Assembly (NCBI RefSeq): GCF_009914755.1
Contig: NC_060927.1
Length of the DNA stretch: 64,000 nt
Direction: 5' to 3' (one strand)
Source of the DNA: the human T2T-CHM13v2.0 reference genome, Homo sapiens
The notes under the pieces were generated by a model. The model worked only from the letters and a program-made list of their open reading frames with translations, was not told the origin of the DNA and did not search any database. Positions within the stretch are counted from its first letter, which is position 1. Every line of letters begins with the position of its first letter. This document shows, one piece after another, positions 1 to 14,998 of the stretch. The translations under genes and the position numbers were made by a program.

Positions 1-1212
1 TTCACTCTCCAAGGGAATTTTCAGTGGTTTTGGAAATTGCACAGCCCCCAAATGTCCTGGATGCTACCAACTACCAGTTTCAGACCTTTTACTATCACCT
101 CTGATGGCTTCATCCTCACATTTGTCTCCCTCAGTACTTCAAGGTTTCTCTCTTGTTCCTATTACGTCTGCTACTAGCTTTGTAAAAATACACAATATAT
201 AGTGCACTAATTTTTATCAGACCCAATAGTTTCATTTATAAAAAATAAAAATAAAGAACAAGAAAAAAGATTCAGATGTATAATTAAGAACTCTTAATTT
301 TTCCATTTGCTCTGCTTGATATTACTAAAATTTAGATGTCTGAAGATTTAGCCAACCAATCTCTAGATATGTCAACAATCACAAAACAAGTGTTCACAGA
401 GTACAAACCATTTTATTAAGTGAAGAAGATTATTAAAAAACAGGCAGCTCCCACCTTCAAATATTTTAGGAATCCCTTACCGACTTAACATAATTAAAAT
501 TCCCACTGGGTTTCAATATTTAAATGCCATTTTATACAACTTGGGGTTATCCATGTTAACATTTAAAAATATTTTTCATCCATATTATAAATTAATAAAT
601 TTGTTTCAGTGCAGATAAATAGAAGGACTACCCATAGTCTTACCATCAAGAAAGAGTTAACTGCTCAGAAAAATTTGCTGCATTTCTCTTCTGTGTGTGT
701 TATTTTTCAGAGTTTAGCATGTACAATATACACATTTTATTATCTTTTTTAACCTGTTTTGTCGTAAGTCTTTTCCATCCATTAGAGAATTTTTATAAAT
801 ATAGTTTTAATGAATGTTTATTAAATAAGTTATGTTATTGTATATTATTAATAAAATAATGGACATTACAAGTACATTTGTGGAAATTCTCTATAATTTT
901 ATATAATATATAAATTTTATGTAATATTTGTAAGTATATTACTCTCTGAATGAAAGTTACATCCAGAAGTGCCTTTTTGCTCTTTTGAATAATTAATGTG
1001 ATTAATATTTCTGTACCTAAGTATGTCTTCATCTTGAATTATTTTCTTAGAATATATTTCCCAAATTGAAATACTAGATGAAGTCATTAGAAGTTATGCT
1101 TTGTGTAATAATGTTTTGGTGATCTTAATACATGGGAACATAGCAAATTTTACATCCTAGGCTAATTTCAAATCAATCCTTATTGAGGTCATCAAAGAAT
1201 AGGACTTGCTTT

Positions 1213-1437
1213 TAATAATAGATAATATTATTGAGCATTTTATGTGGCTCTTCTAAATCCTACTTATTCCTCCCCACAGCCCTGACATGAAGGCCCTATT
1301 ATTAACCCAATGTAGCAGAAGAGAACAATAAAGCCCAGAGAGTTGAAATAAATGGCCCAAGGTCACAGCTAGGGATAGTCACAGTTACGATTTGAACCCA
1401 TGCAACCTGATTCCAGGACCTTTATTCTTAACTACCA
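1213..1437 (-). mobile_element. MIR SINE relic
   Basis: Degenerate reverse-complement MIR core (gcccagagagttgaaataaatggcccaaggtcacagct...gatttgaaccca); boundaries approximate. Confidence 0.75.
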
Positions 1438-1681
1438 CCTGCCCTCTAATAAGACAGCAATTCTTCAGCTCTCAAGGCAGAAAAGTACCAAACCTTCCCC
1501 CTATAAAATGTCTACTTATTATTTATTATATGCTTCCTTTCATTAAAAAGAATAATCTCACTTGGAAGCCAGCAGAGTAAAATTAAAGCAATTACAAGAG
1601 TACACTGGCCAGAGAAGCTGGGTTAAAATGTTGCTAGAACAAGCTGATGTTTATGAGAAGAAAACTTCAGGGGAAATCTCA

Positions 1682-2047
1682 TTTATTACTCCATTCTCAC
1701 ACTGCTATAAAAAAAATCTGACACTTGGTAATTTATGAAGAGAAGAGTTTTAATCGACTCACAGTTCTGCAGGCTGTACAGGAAGCATGGCCTCAGGAAA
1801 CTTACAATCATGGCAGAAGGCGAAGGGGAAGCAAGCGTGTGTTACCATGGTGGAGCAGAAGACAGAGAGAAGAAGAAGGAAGTGCCACATACTTTTAAAC
1901 AATCATATCTCGTGATAACTCACTCACTATCACGAGAACAAGGGGGAACTCCACCCCCATGATGCAATCACCTCCCACCAGTTTCCTCACCCAACACTGG
2001 AAACTCAACCTGAGATTTGGGTGGGTACAGAGGGTCAAACCATATCA
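1682..2047 (-). mobile_element. MaLR solo LTR, MSTA-like
   Basis: tattactccattctcacactgctataaa...ggaaacttacaatcatggcagaagg...caaaccatatca is the reverse complement of an MST/THE1-type LTR. Confidence 0.85.
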
Positions 2048-2221
2048 CCCCTTTTCCGAGAGACATAATAGAGGAAACTCCAAAGTGCTCAGACGTTGTT
2101 CTCAGCTAATGTCTCTGAGCTTAACTAAATATAAGTGGCAAAAGAAAGAAAGGTTTAGTTTGGAGGGAGTGTGGGAACCAGAAAATAACAAGAGTTAGTC
2201 AAGCAGGAAAAGTTCATCCAC

Positions 2222-2330
2222 TGACCTGTGAGTGCTCCTATGACAAAGGCCATGTCTTTTTAGTTATTACACCCCCAACACCAAACACACTGTCTGGCAC
2301 ATAGAAACGCTTCAATAAATGATTGCTGAA
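2222..2330 (+). mobile_element. L2 3' end relic
   Basis: ctggcacatagaaacgcttcaataaatgattgctgaa resembles the L2 3' terminus. Confidence 0.6.
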
Positions 2331-2348
2331 CAAAAATGAACTGTGCTA

Positions 2349-2651
2349 GGCTGGGTGCGGTGTCTCATGCCTGTAATCCCAGCACTTTGGGAGGCCAAGG
2401 CAGGTGGATCACCTGAAGTCAGGACTTTGAGACCAGCCTGGCCAACATGGTGAAACCCTGTCTCTACCAAAAATAAAAATATTAAGTGAGCATGGTGGCA
2501 CACACCTGTAATCCCAGCTACTCAGTAGGCTGAGGCAAAAGAATCACTTGAACCTGGGAGGCAGAGGTTGCAGTGAGCTGAGATCATGCCGCTGCACTCC
2601 AGCCTGGGCACCAGAGTCAGACTTTGTCTCAAAAAAAATAGAAAAATAAAT
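2349..2651 (+). mobile_element. AluS-type SINE
   Basis: Full dimer from ggctgggtgcgg to an A-rich tail; TSD-like aaaaatgaactgtgct / aaaaataactgtgct on the two sides. Confidence 0.95.
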
Positions 2652-2817
2652 AAAAATAACTGTGCTGCTTGCCAAAGGGCCTCCAAGGTCCACTCTCCAA
2701 TACAGGACAAGTGAAACCCATTCCATGTAGACATTAACAGTACGAGAGCAAAGGAATGGGTTTGTAGAAGGATATTTCACCTGCAGGAGGAGTGAGTGAA
2801 AGTGGAAATAATGCACA
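2652..2817. repeat. Left copy of ~165-bp direct repeat flanking an L1
   Basis: Aligns to 5022-5186 with about 13 differences by hand count. Confidence 0.95.
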
Positions 2818-5019
<2,202 letters not shown>

Positions 5020-5021
5020 GA

Positions 5022-5186
5022 TAAAAGAACCGTGCTGCTTGCCAAAGGGCCTGCAGGTCAACTCTCTAATAGAGGACAAGTGAAAACCAATCCATGTAGA
5101 CATTAACAGTATGAGAGCAAAGGAATGGGTTTGTAGAAGGATATTTCACCTGCAGGAGGAGTTAGTGAAAGTGGAAATAACACACA
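5022..5186. repeat. Right copy of ~165-bp direct repeat flanking an L1
   Basis: Starts immediately after the L1 poly(A); matches 2652-2817. Confidence 0.95.
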
Positions 5187-5791
5187 GATTAGAAGAAGTA
5201 AGAGCCTAAATAAAAGAGATGTTTTCTTATTTTAGAGATATAAAAAAAGAAGTGGCTAGAATTTGTTATCTGAAAACTGGAGGCTAACAGAAGAATCTTC
5301 TACCCTGCCCTTGAATCTAAGATTTTTATACAGAAAAATGTTTTGACTCTATGTATTTAGGTATTTTAGATAAAAATATACTAATATTTTAAATTTTTGT
5401 TTAAGAATTCTTTCTTGAGCAATTTTCATTAAAGTAGAAGGAAAGAGAATGACAAAAGAGGGTAAGGGGAAAGGTCAAGGAAAGAGATACAGAACCCTAA
5501 AAATGCTTAAGTCAGGGCAAGCTCTGAACCCTAAAGAAAAGTTATGCTTGTGGATATTTAACCTCTTGTGATTTGTACAATTTTAATATGATGTATTACA
5601 CCGTGTGTAACTCTTACAGATTGAAATTTTTGGCTTTATAACTTGGTATTTTATATCCTTTTCAGTTAGTAGCTATGGCTTCTATGCTGTCCCTGCCCAT
5701 AGATCTTAAAATGGTACCATTTATCACTGAATTTTAAATGATACTAAAAATGACAATAAGGATGTTGAAGAATTTTTTTCCAAATGTATCT

Positions 5792-6128
5792 TATATTAGT
5801 CCATTTTCACACTGCTGATAAAGACATATCCGAGACTGGGTAATTTATAAAGAAAAAGAGGTTCCACGTGGCTGCAGAAGCCTCACAATCATGGCAGAAG
5901 GCCATTTTACATGGCAGCAGGCAAGAGAGAATGAGAGCCAAGCAAAAGGGGAAACCCCTCATAAAACCATCAGATCTCATGAGACTTATTCACTACCACG
6001 AGAACAGTATGGGGGAAACTGCCCCCATGATTCAATTATCTCCCACCAGATCCTTCCCACAACACATGGGAATTATGGGAGTGCAATTCAAGATGAGATT
6101 TGAGTAGGGACACAGCCAAACTATATCA
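5792..6128 (-). mobile_element. THE1 (THE1C/D-like) solo LTR
   Basis: tatattagtccattttcacactgctgataaagacata...cacagccaaactatatca; perfect 5-bp TSD TATCT (5787-5791, 6129-6133). Confidence 0.92.
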
Positions 6129-6236
6129 TATCTGCTCATCTCCCAAGCAATTCAAGGTTAACTTGAAAATATTTAGCAATACAATTTTAAATGCCTGCTC
6201 TTCATGGAGTTTAAATAAACATTCAGGAAGTTGGGG

Positions 6237-6465
6237 GGCAGTATTAATTGATGGTTAAGAATATAGTCTTTAAGACCTGGATTCCAGTCCCAGCTCTGCC
6301 ACTTACTGGCTGTGTGACCTTGAGTTAAGTTAATTGAGCTGTAGGGTTCTCATTATAAAATAGAGATAATAATATCTACTTAATAGGCTTGTCAGAAGAC
6401 ATAGATAACACGATATGTGTAAAGTGCTTAACACTGTCTGGCACTTACTGGGCAACAAATAAACA
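6237..6465 (+). mobile_element. MIR SINE
   Basis: cccagctctgccacttactggctgtgtgaccttgag MIR core, and 3' gtaaagtgcttaacactgtctggcac. Confidence 0.85.
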
Positions 6466-6481
6466 GTAGTTGCTGCTGACC

Positions 6482-6644
6482 CTAGTTCAACTCTTCCGAG
6501 TTTACAAAGTGGACCATAACTGTTACAAGAACAGGATTCCTCATGAGACCCACATAACTTCCTGAATATGGGTAGGCCAGAAATTCTCTGGGAACTGTTG
6601 AAATGTTTCCTTCCAGATCTGATGAATTCCAGGACTTGCAAAAA
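6482..6644 (-). CDS. Weak candidate downstream/terminal exon of unidentified minus-strand gene
   Basis: Acceptor-like ttttcacttctgcag ending at 6645. The frame continuing from the 9393 exon is open (FFCKSWNSSDLEG...EELN*), but a second frame is also open, so it discriminates poorly. Confidence 0.2.
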
Positions 6645-7772
6645 CTGCAGAAGTGAAAATCATTAACTAACATCTGCAAAAATCATTATATATGAATGGG
6701 TGAATTTTGTGTTCGTTCTCATTGAATCCCAACCATGTTCTAGTTCTTAGTAGGTAGTTTCCACCTTTATTTTGTACATTTGCCTTGGGCTTTGTTCACA
6801 TCTTTTTTCTGTTAACATCAAGTTCCCCTGTGGCCTCACGAACAAACTTGTTCTCCTATGTTGTATATGGAAGTTGAAGACTTGATTATGACAACTGAAT
6901 TAGAAGAAACTGTTATTTCATTTTACGGTTGGAAGAAAATGTATGATTTGGTAGTGAATTTTCTTTTTCTTCTTTGTTTGTTTATTAAAGACTGGAGGGA
7001 ATATTTTCTCCATTTTTCCTCTTGATCCTGTGCATTACTCCTTCCAATCTAAAATAAGTAAGTGAAAGTAAAATTCAAATATATAAAACATGTTCAAACA
7101 AGCCTTAGGTACAAGGCAATAAAAGTACACAAAGCCACTGATTAGAATGTATAAGAAAATTTCACTACCAGTAATATAAAAAGCAAGGCCTAAATTTACA
7201 TATGTGTGATAATTTGAATCCTAAGATTGAGTTGAATACTTTTATAAGTGAGGCTTACAGTTTTATTATTTAATTGACTTATAAAACTTTTTGCCAATTT
7301 AAACTGGGTAGGAGGTTGGTCATGTTTAAAAGGCCAGAAAGACATAGACAAAAATCATTAGTCTCCTTCCTGGGGCACAAATTAACTTTATAGCACCCAC
7401 TTTATAGCATAGGCCATGATTCCTGCCTGTGATTTAAAAAGCTAGGAGAGTAATAAAAATATTTTTAATGGGAGGGAAATACAGTACATTCACTTGTAAT
7501 TTTAAAAATGAAGTAAGCTGAGAAAAGATACCAACACATAAGAATGCAAATAAGAAACCAGAATAAGAATAGACAAGATGAAGCAAAACCAAATTTATAA
7601 AAGAGAATTAGACTGCATAAAAAGGCAAAAATCAATAAAAGCAATTGTATAAATTAGTAGGAAAAACAAAATAGGTTTTGAATGATTAAAGATTTAAATA
7701 AACTAATAATATTGTAATGATATAATCAATACTTTAATAGAATAGAGATTAGGAGAATGTAAACCAAATGGG

Positions 7773-7799
<27 letters not shown>
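7773..7799. repeat. (GT)n microsatellite
   Basis: About 13 uninterrupted GT units. Confidence 0.95.
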
Positions 7800-7803
<4 letters not shown>

Positions 7804-9392
7804 GTTCACTGTGTTAAGATGATGACACAAATTCAAAAGAATCAGAGTTGTATGAAACCAAATATAGTTCTCAAAATTAAAAAGCCACAAAGTTCAGCAT
7901 TCTATCTCTTTTTTGCCTTTCTGGGCATGATGTTGCTTCATGGGTCCTGTAGACTGATAGCTAGGTAGAGCTGGGTGGCTGACGGAGGAATCCAGGTTTT
8001 TCCTCTGTGCCTCCCAGAAGAGTCTCCTGTCACTGTCCCAACCTCTGAGAGACACCTGTATCAGGAGAAGTACCCTGCTCAGTGAATATGGGACCAAGAA
8101 TTCCACTGCTTCAGCCACACCCAGCAGGGACAATCACACTGTGAGGTGTGACGAATTTTACATCTTTTTGGCAACAGCAGAAGCCAGTCATTACAGTGAT
8201 AAAGAAATTCATTTTTCAAATTCCATTTCAACTAATTTGAACAAACTTAATATTTTCTGCCTGTTCATAGTGAAGGCTGTATTTTTTCCCTCAAATAATG
8301 TGGACACAAAGCCTTTTGAAAATGTTTAGCTGTCATTTATTAATTTTTTTAATGGTCAAATACTTTAAATGTTCAAAGCTGAGTTAGATATGGTTCTTTC
8401 AAGTGCACCTTGGAAGTGGAAATTAACATCCACTTCCAAGTAGCTCAATTTTATAATAAATAGAAAAATATAAATGTCATTGATAATAGCTCTAATGCAC
8501 AATTTTGTGTTAATTTTTAATTTTATTGTAAAATTAACTGCACTTTTATATTCTTCATCTTGACAATGTCTTATTACATTGTGACTCTAATCCTAGATTA
8601 TTGTTTTGATTTAACGTTTTCTGTTATCATTTTGAATGCTGCTTATTTCTAAGTAAATGAATATAAGGAGAACATTAACTTCCAAAGCACTAATTATATA
8701 TCACTGTCTTAATGTGTTTTCTTTATCAGACACCTCAACATTCCTTGCACATCTGAGACATCTCACCTTAAACTGCCTATCTAGATAGCTCTCAGTCTTC
8801 CACAGTGTCTGGAGTGTAATCAGTCACTAGGGAGGATGGCTTCCTACCTTCTCATTTTCTTCTAGATATTGCAATGTTACCAAGCCTTCCTTTAAAAATA
8901 TTGCAAAGTTTGGTTTGGAAGAAAGTTGTATCACTTTTGGCTATTACTGGAAAAGTTTGTCATCACCTCAGTAATATTCTTCCTGGTTATTTCATATCTT
9001 GGCATTGGTATGCCCTTCAAAAAACATAGTTAAGTAATGGAATTGAACTCTCCCCAGAAATTCCTTAAGAACGCATTTTTGTTCTGAAAACTCTTTCCCT
9101 TAGATTTTATCCTCTGTTCAAGGCCTATTCTTGCAAATATTCTGTCAGAGAATGCACAGAAAATGTTTTTCATGGCACAAATGTATTTAAGGACATTCAC
9201 TGGCGTGACAAAGATATTTAAGAGTCTCACAGAGATCCTAATAGGATGACCCTGTAGAAATTACTGGAGTACACAGTGTTGGAGAAAATTACAGTCAGTC
9301 TATCAACAGAATTTATTGGATGTTAGGCCATGAACTAAGTGCTGATCTTATTCAGACATGAGAGAAGGTAGAATCACGTAACAGTCACTCAC

Positions 9393-9573
9393 AAGGAATA
9401 CTTTGGCGGAAAACACAAATTTTTTGTATGGGAGTCAGATTTCCATAACTTGAATTTTTTCTGAACTTGTAAGATAAAATAAGTTCTGTGATATTTAAAG
9501 AGTCTCTCTAGCAACTCCTGGCATTGAAAGATTCTAAGATGTATTCTAGTACTTCCACAGAAACCACTCTTTC
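9393..9573 (-). CDS. Candidate internal coding exon (181 nt), unidentified product
   Basis: Minus strand: gattatagttttgttag|GAAAGAG ... TCCTT|gtgagt. Only the phase-1 frame is open: GKSGFCGSTRIHLRIFQCQELLERLFKYHRTYFILQVQKKFKLWKSDSHTKNLCFPPKYS. Confidence 0.4.
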
Positions 9574-9694
9574 CTAACAAAACTATAATCTTTTAACTAA
9601 ATGTCTTGGAACAGAGAATGACTATGCAAGATACAAGTCAAATTACAGGGAAAGAAAAAGTGCATTAAGGAAAACAAAATTAAATTTGAAATTA

Positions 9695-9925
9695 TATAAT
9701 AATCATTTACATAGCATTTACTGTGGGTTAGCCACTGTTCTCAGCACTTCACATATTTTAACATATTTAATTCTTCCAAGAAGTTCATGAGCTGGATTGT
9801 AATACAAATCTCATTTTTATATGCAGAAAGCCAAACACACACATCAGCTTAAAGTCGCAAAGAATAATGATTCAAACCTTGAGAGTCTGGTTCCAGAGCT
9901 CTGCATATAAGCATTACATTACACT
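9695..9925 (-). mobile_element. MIR SINE relic
   Basis: atagcatttactgtgggttagccactgttctcagcacttcacatat...gattcaaacc...gtctggttccagagc. Confidence 0.7.
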
Positions 9926-10607
9926 ATCTCTTAATGCCCCTGATGGTGTTTCTACATGTTTAAGAGCACAATATTACAGTCTGATATCTCCAAGTATAAC
10001 TAAAACAAGTCATTTATTGAATCAACATTGATTGACTAGACATATCAATGAGAATAGATAAAATCAATAAACAGTAGTGGGATGAAGAAAACCACAAGAC
10101 AGCAAGCACTCATCATGTACTATCAAAACAAAAATAGCAATTAAATTCAAAATGCATTTAAAACTTATTATTAAAAAGTAAACACTTAAACAGAGCCAGA
10201 AAAAAACACCCAAGCAAAATATTAAAATGTAATTCTTAGAGGAATAATATCAGTGGGGGGAATAAAACTGGCTTTAGCTTTCTGATGAAGGCCTTGGAAG
10301 TCAGCGTCATTATGCTGCATGGAAAAATAATTACTGAAGATGCTAACCAATTTGACTTGGGTCTACAACACAGAGATTCAGCATCAGCCAATCATTGCAA
10401 AGATATGTCTGTTCTAGCAAAGGTATAATTTTGTAGCAGATAAAATGCATTTTAATAATAAGCTGTATTGTATTAGTTAGACATGATACCAATATAATAA
10501 TTCTTATGTTTACTCACTGTATCCCTAAGACTGTTAAAATCACTGCTGTCAGTTTCAACTGCAAAGCTGTCATAACTTTCTTTTATTCATATAGAATGAG
10601 GTATTTC

Positions 10608-11754
10608 CACCAACAGTGTAAAAGCATTCCTATTTCTCCACATCCTCTCCAACATCTGTTGTTCCTAACTTTTTAATGATCACCATTCTAACTGGCATAA
10701 GATGGTATCTCATTGTGGTTTTGATTTGCATTTTTCTAGTGACCAGTGGTGATGAGCTTTTTTTCATATGTTTGTTGGCTGCATTTATGCACTTATCTTC
10801 TTTTGAGAAATGTCTGCTCATATCCTTTGCCCACTTTTTGATGGGGTTGGTTTTTTTTCTTGTAAATTTGTTTAAGTATTTTGTAGATTCTGGATATTAG
10901 CCCTTTGTCAGATGGATAGATTGCAAAAATTTTCTCCCATTCTGTAAGTGGCAAGTTCACTTCTTTTGCAGGGCAGAAGTTCTGTTGTTTAATTAGATCC
11001 CATTTGTCAATTTTGGCTTTTGTTGCCATCGCTTTTGGTGTTTTAGTCATGAAGTCTTTGCCCATGCCTATGTCCTGAATGGTATTGTCTAGGTTTTCTT
11101 CTAGGGTTTTTATGTTCTTAGGTCTTACATTTAAGTCTTTAATAGTTCAACCATTGTGGAAGACAATGTGGCAATTCCTCAAGGATCTACAACCAGAAAT
11201 ACCATTTGACCCAGCAATCCCATTACTGGGTATATACCCAAAGGATTGTAAATCATTCTTGTGTAAAGTCACATACACACATATGTTTATTGTGGCACTA
11301 TCCACAATAGTGAAGATTTGGAAACAACCCAAATGCCCATCAATGATAGACTGGATAAAGAAAATGTGGCACATATACACTGTGGAATACTATGCAGCCA
11401 TAAAAAATGAGGAGTTCATGTCCTTGCAGGGACATGGATGAAGCTGGAAACCATCATTCTCAGCAAACTAACACAGGAACAGAAAACCAAACACCACATG
11501 TTCTCATTCATAAGTGGGAGTTGAACAATGAGAACACATAGACACAGGGAGGGGAACATCACACACCAGGGCCTATTGGGGGGGGTAGGGGGCTAAGGGA
11601 GGGGTAGCATTAGGAGAAATACCTAATGTAGATCATGTACCTAATGTAGATGATGGGTTAATGGGTGCAGCAAACCACTATGGCACGTGTATACCTGTGT
11701 AACAAACCTGCACTTTCTGCACCTGTACACCAGAATTTAAAGTATTTAAAAAAA
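10608..11754 (+). mobile_element. Short L1PA with 5' inversion (twin priming)
   Basis: Antisense ORF2 segment 10608-11143 joined to sense 3' end 11143-11754 with A tail; TSD core aggtatttc at 10599-10607 and 11755-11763. Confidence 0.93.
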
Positions 11755-11894
11755 AGGTATTTCACTAGGCATTGGCTTAATCTGAATGTAAAAATCATAT
11801 ATTTTTAAAAATCAACACATGAATAAGCTATTTCACTACGTTGGAGATTATCCCTCTTATAATCAATATAAAAGGGAGTTGCTTTGACATCATG

Positions 11895-11972
11895 AATCCA
11901 AAGCTCCTAGAAAAATGCTTGACATGCACAGTAGGTGTTCAACCAATATTTCTTGCATGAATAAGTAAATAA
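11895..11972 (+). mobile_element. L2 3' end relic
   Basis: cagtaggtgttcaaccaatatttcttgcatgaataagtaaat resembles the L2 tail. Confidence 0.5.
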
Positions 11973-13487
11973 AAGCATCTGGCCAATAAGCAGAAAAGCA
12001 GACAGAATGTGTTTCCCTTAAATATGATAACAGAAACGTGAGTTACTCTACCTCTTATTAAAGTGGAATAAAAATAGAAGAGACTTCTGGTTTCTGGTGC
12101 AGCATATAAGGAACTTAGAAGTCACCACTGTGTCTTAAAAAAAGCAAGTAAAGAACTAAACAAACTGAAAAATGAACAACTCTTCTTAGATCTGTCAGAG
12201 AAGCAAGATCACAAGGCAAGCCACTCCTCCCAAATTGAAGATATAGGTAGATTCAGAAAATAACAACTAACTGAAGCAAAAGTCTCTTCAGAAACTAGCA
12301 CTGAGGTAAGAAACATAACTAACAAATTACTGAAGAATCAGTGTGCACAAGGCTGAAAGCTGAAAACTCCAAGGATACCTAGTTGTAGGGAACCCCTCAT
12401 ACTTCTGGGCGTTTCACCTCCAGGAGCTCTACCAGGTCAGCACCATGAATATTGGAGAAAAAACCCTTCCTGCTTCCAGCAGGGGGAGATAAAAAGTAAC
12501 CACTTTGAAATACACCAAAGCATTCTGTTTTTCTCAGAGCCTAACCTACTAGGATGTAATCAGAGCCTAACAAGCCCAAAGGAAGGGAACACTTAACTCG
12601 AGGTGGTTCTAGCCTTCCATGTGGGAAAAGGAAATACCCAGCTCCAACTCCCTCTAAATCTCCTGTTTAATATTAATGTGGGAGGAAACCTGAGAAGCAC
12701 TTCTGAAGCTCACCAGTGGCACAGACTCACTAAAAGATGGAGATTTGCTGATGAGACTCTTGAAGGCCTTTTCTGCCCCCACACCTTACACCATAATACT
12801 AAAGGCCTATTTAATGCAGTTTATTTTACTCGATATATTATGTCTACCTCTCAACAAAAATTTACAAGGCATACTAAAAGGCAAAAATCACAGTGTGAAG
12901 CAATCAAATAAGCATCAGAACCAGAGTCAAATATAACAGTAATGCTAGACTTCTAAATTCAAGATTTTAAAAAAATCTATGATCCAAATAGTAAGGGCTT
13001 TAATAAAGTAAGTAGATAACATGCAAGAAAGGATAAAAAATGTAAGCAGAGAGAGAAATTCTAAGAGAGGCAAAATAGAAGCAATAGAAATTTCTACAAA
13101 CTGAAAACAGAGAAGAAAAAGACTGACAAAAAGCTAGAAAAGAATATTTAAGCACTGTGGGACAAGTGCAAGAGGTACAAATATGAATAACTGGAATATT
13201 AGAGAAGAAGAAGCAAAGGAGCAGGATATTTAAAACAATAATGATTGTGAATTTCAAATTAATGTCAGACACCAAATTACAGAAATAGGAAGCTTATAGA
13301 ACACCAAGAAAGACACATCCACCCCCCAAAAAACCCTAGTTCTATCATATTCAAACTTCAGAAAATTAAAGATAGAGAAAGAAGGTAGAGGGAAAATAAA
13401 CACTTTACCCATAGAGGAGCAAACAATTAGATGAAACTTCTCCCCAAGAACCATGCAAACAAGCAGAGAGTAGAATAAAATATTCAA

Positions 13488-14008
<521 letters not shown>

Positions 14009-14602
14009 TCAGAAACTACGTAAAGGAAGAATGTCAGAGAATGAGTAACTAAAGGTAAAACAAAAACTTCTATTTTTCTTATTCTTGATGTAATAGATAA
14101 GAGTTTGTTCAAAATAATAATGGCAGCAAAGTATTTAATTATGCATACTTAGGTGAATATATATACATAAGCATATACATGTAAATATGCATAAGCTTAT
14201 GAATAAGTGAAACAAATGACAGCAATAACACATAAGACAGGAGGAAAGAATTATGACTATTTTGTTTTTATACAGTAGTCACACTACTCCTTAAATGGCA
14301 TTGTGTCATTTGAAAGTGGACTTAGATTGGTTGTAAATGTATATTACAAACTCTAAAACAAGCACTAAAGAAATAAAATTTTTAAAAGACCTATACTTGA
14401 TAACTAAGAAAACATAAAAAGTAGAATCATTTAAAATGCTCAATTAAAAGCACAAGAGGCAAAAAAATAAAAAAAGTACAGTAGACAAATATAGGAAGAT
14501 AGAACAATGGCAATAAATACAAAACACTAACAAATAGGATAAATATAAATCCAACTATATCAATGATCACTTTAAATTTCAGTGGCCTAAATACACCAAT
14601 TA

Positions 14603-14998
<396 letters not shown>

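Noticed and set aside
8767-8826. Strong minus-strand donor AAG|gtgaga with a nearby acceptor
   Set aside because: The 60-nt interval has stops in all frames and no other support.
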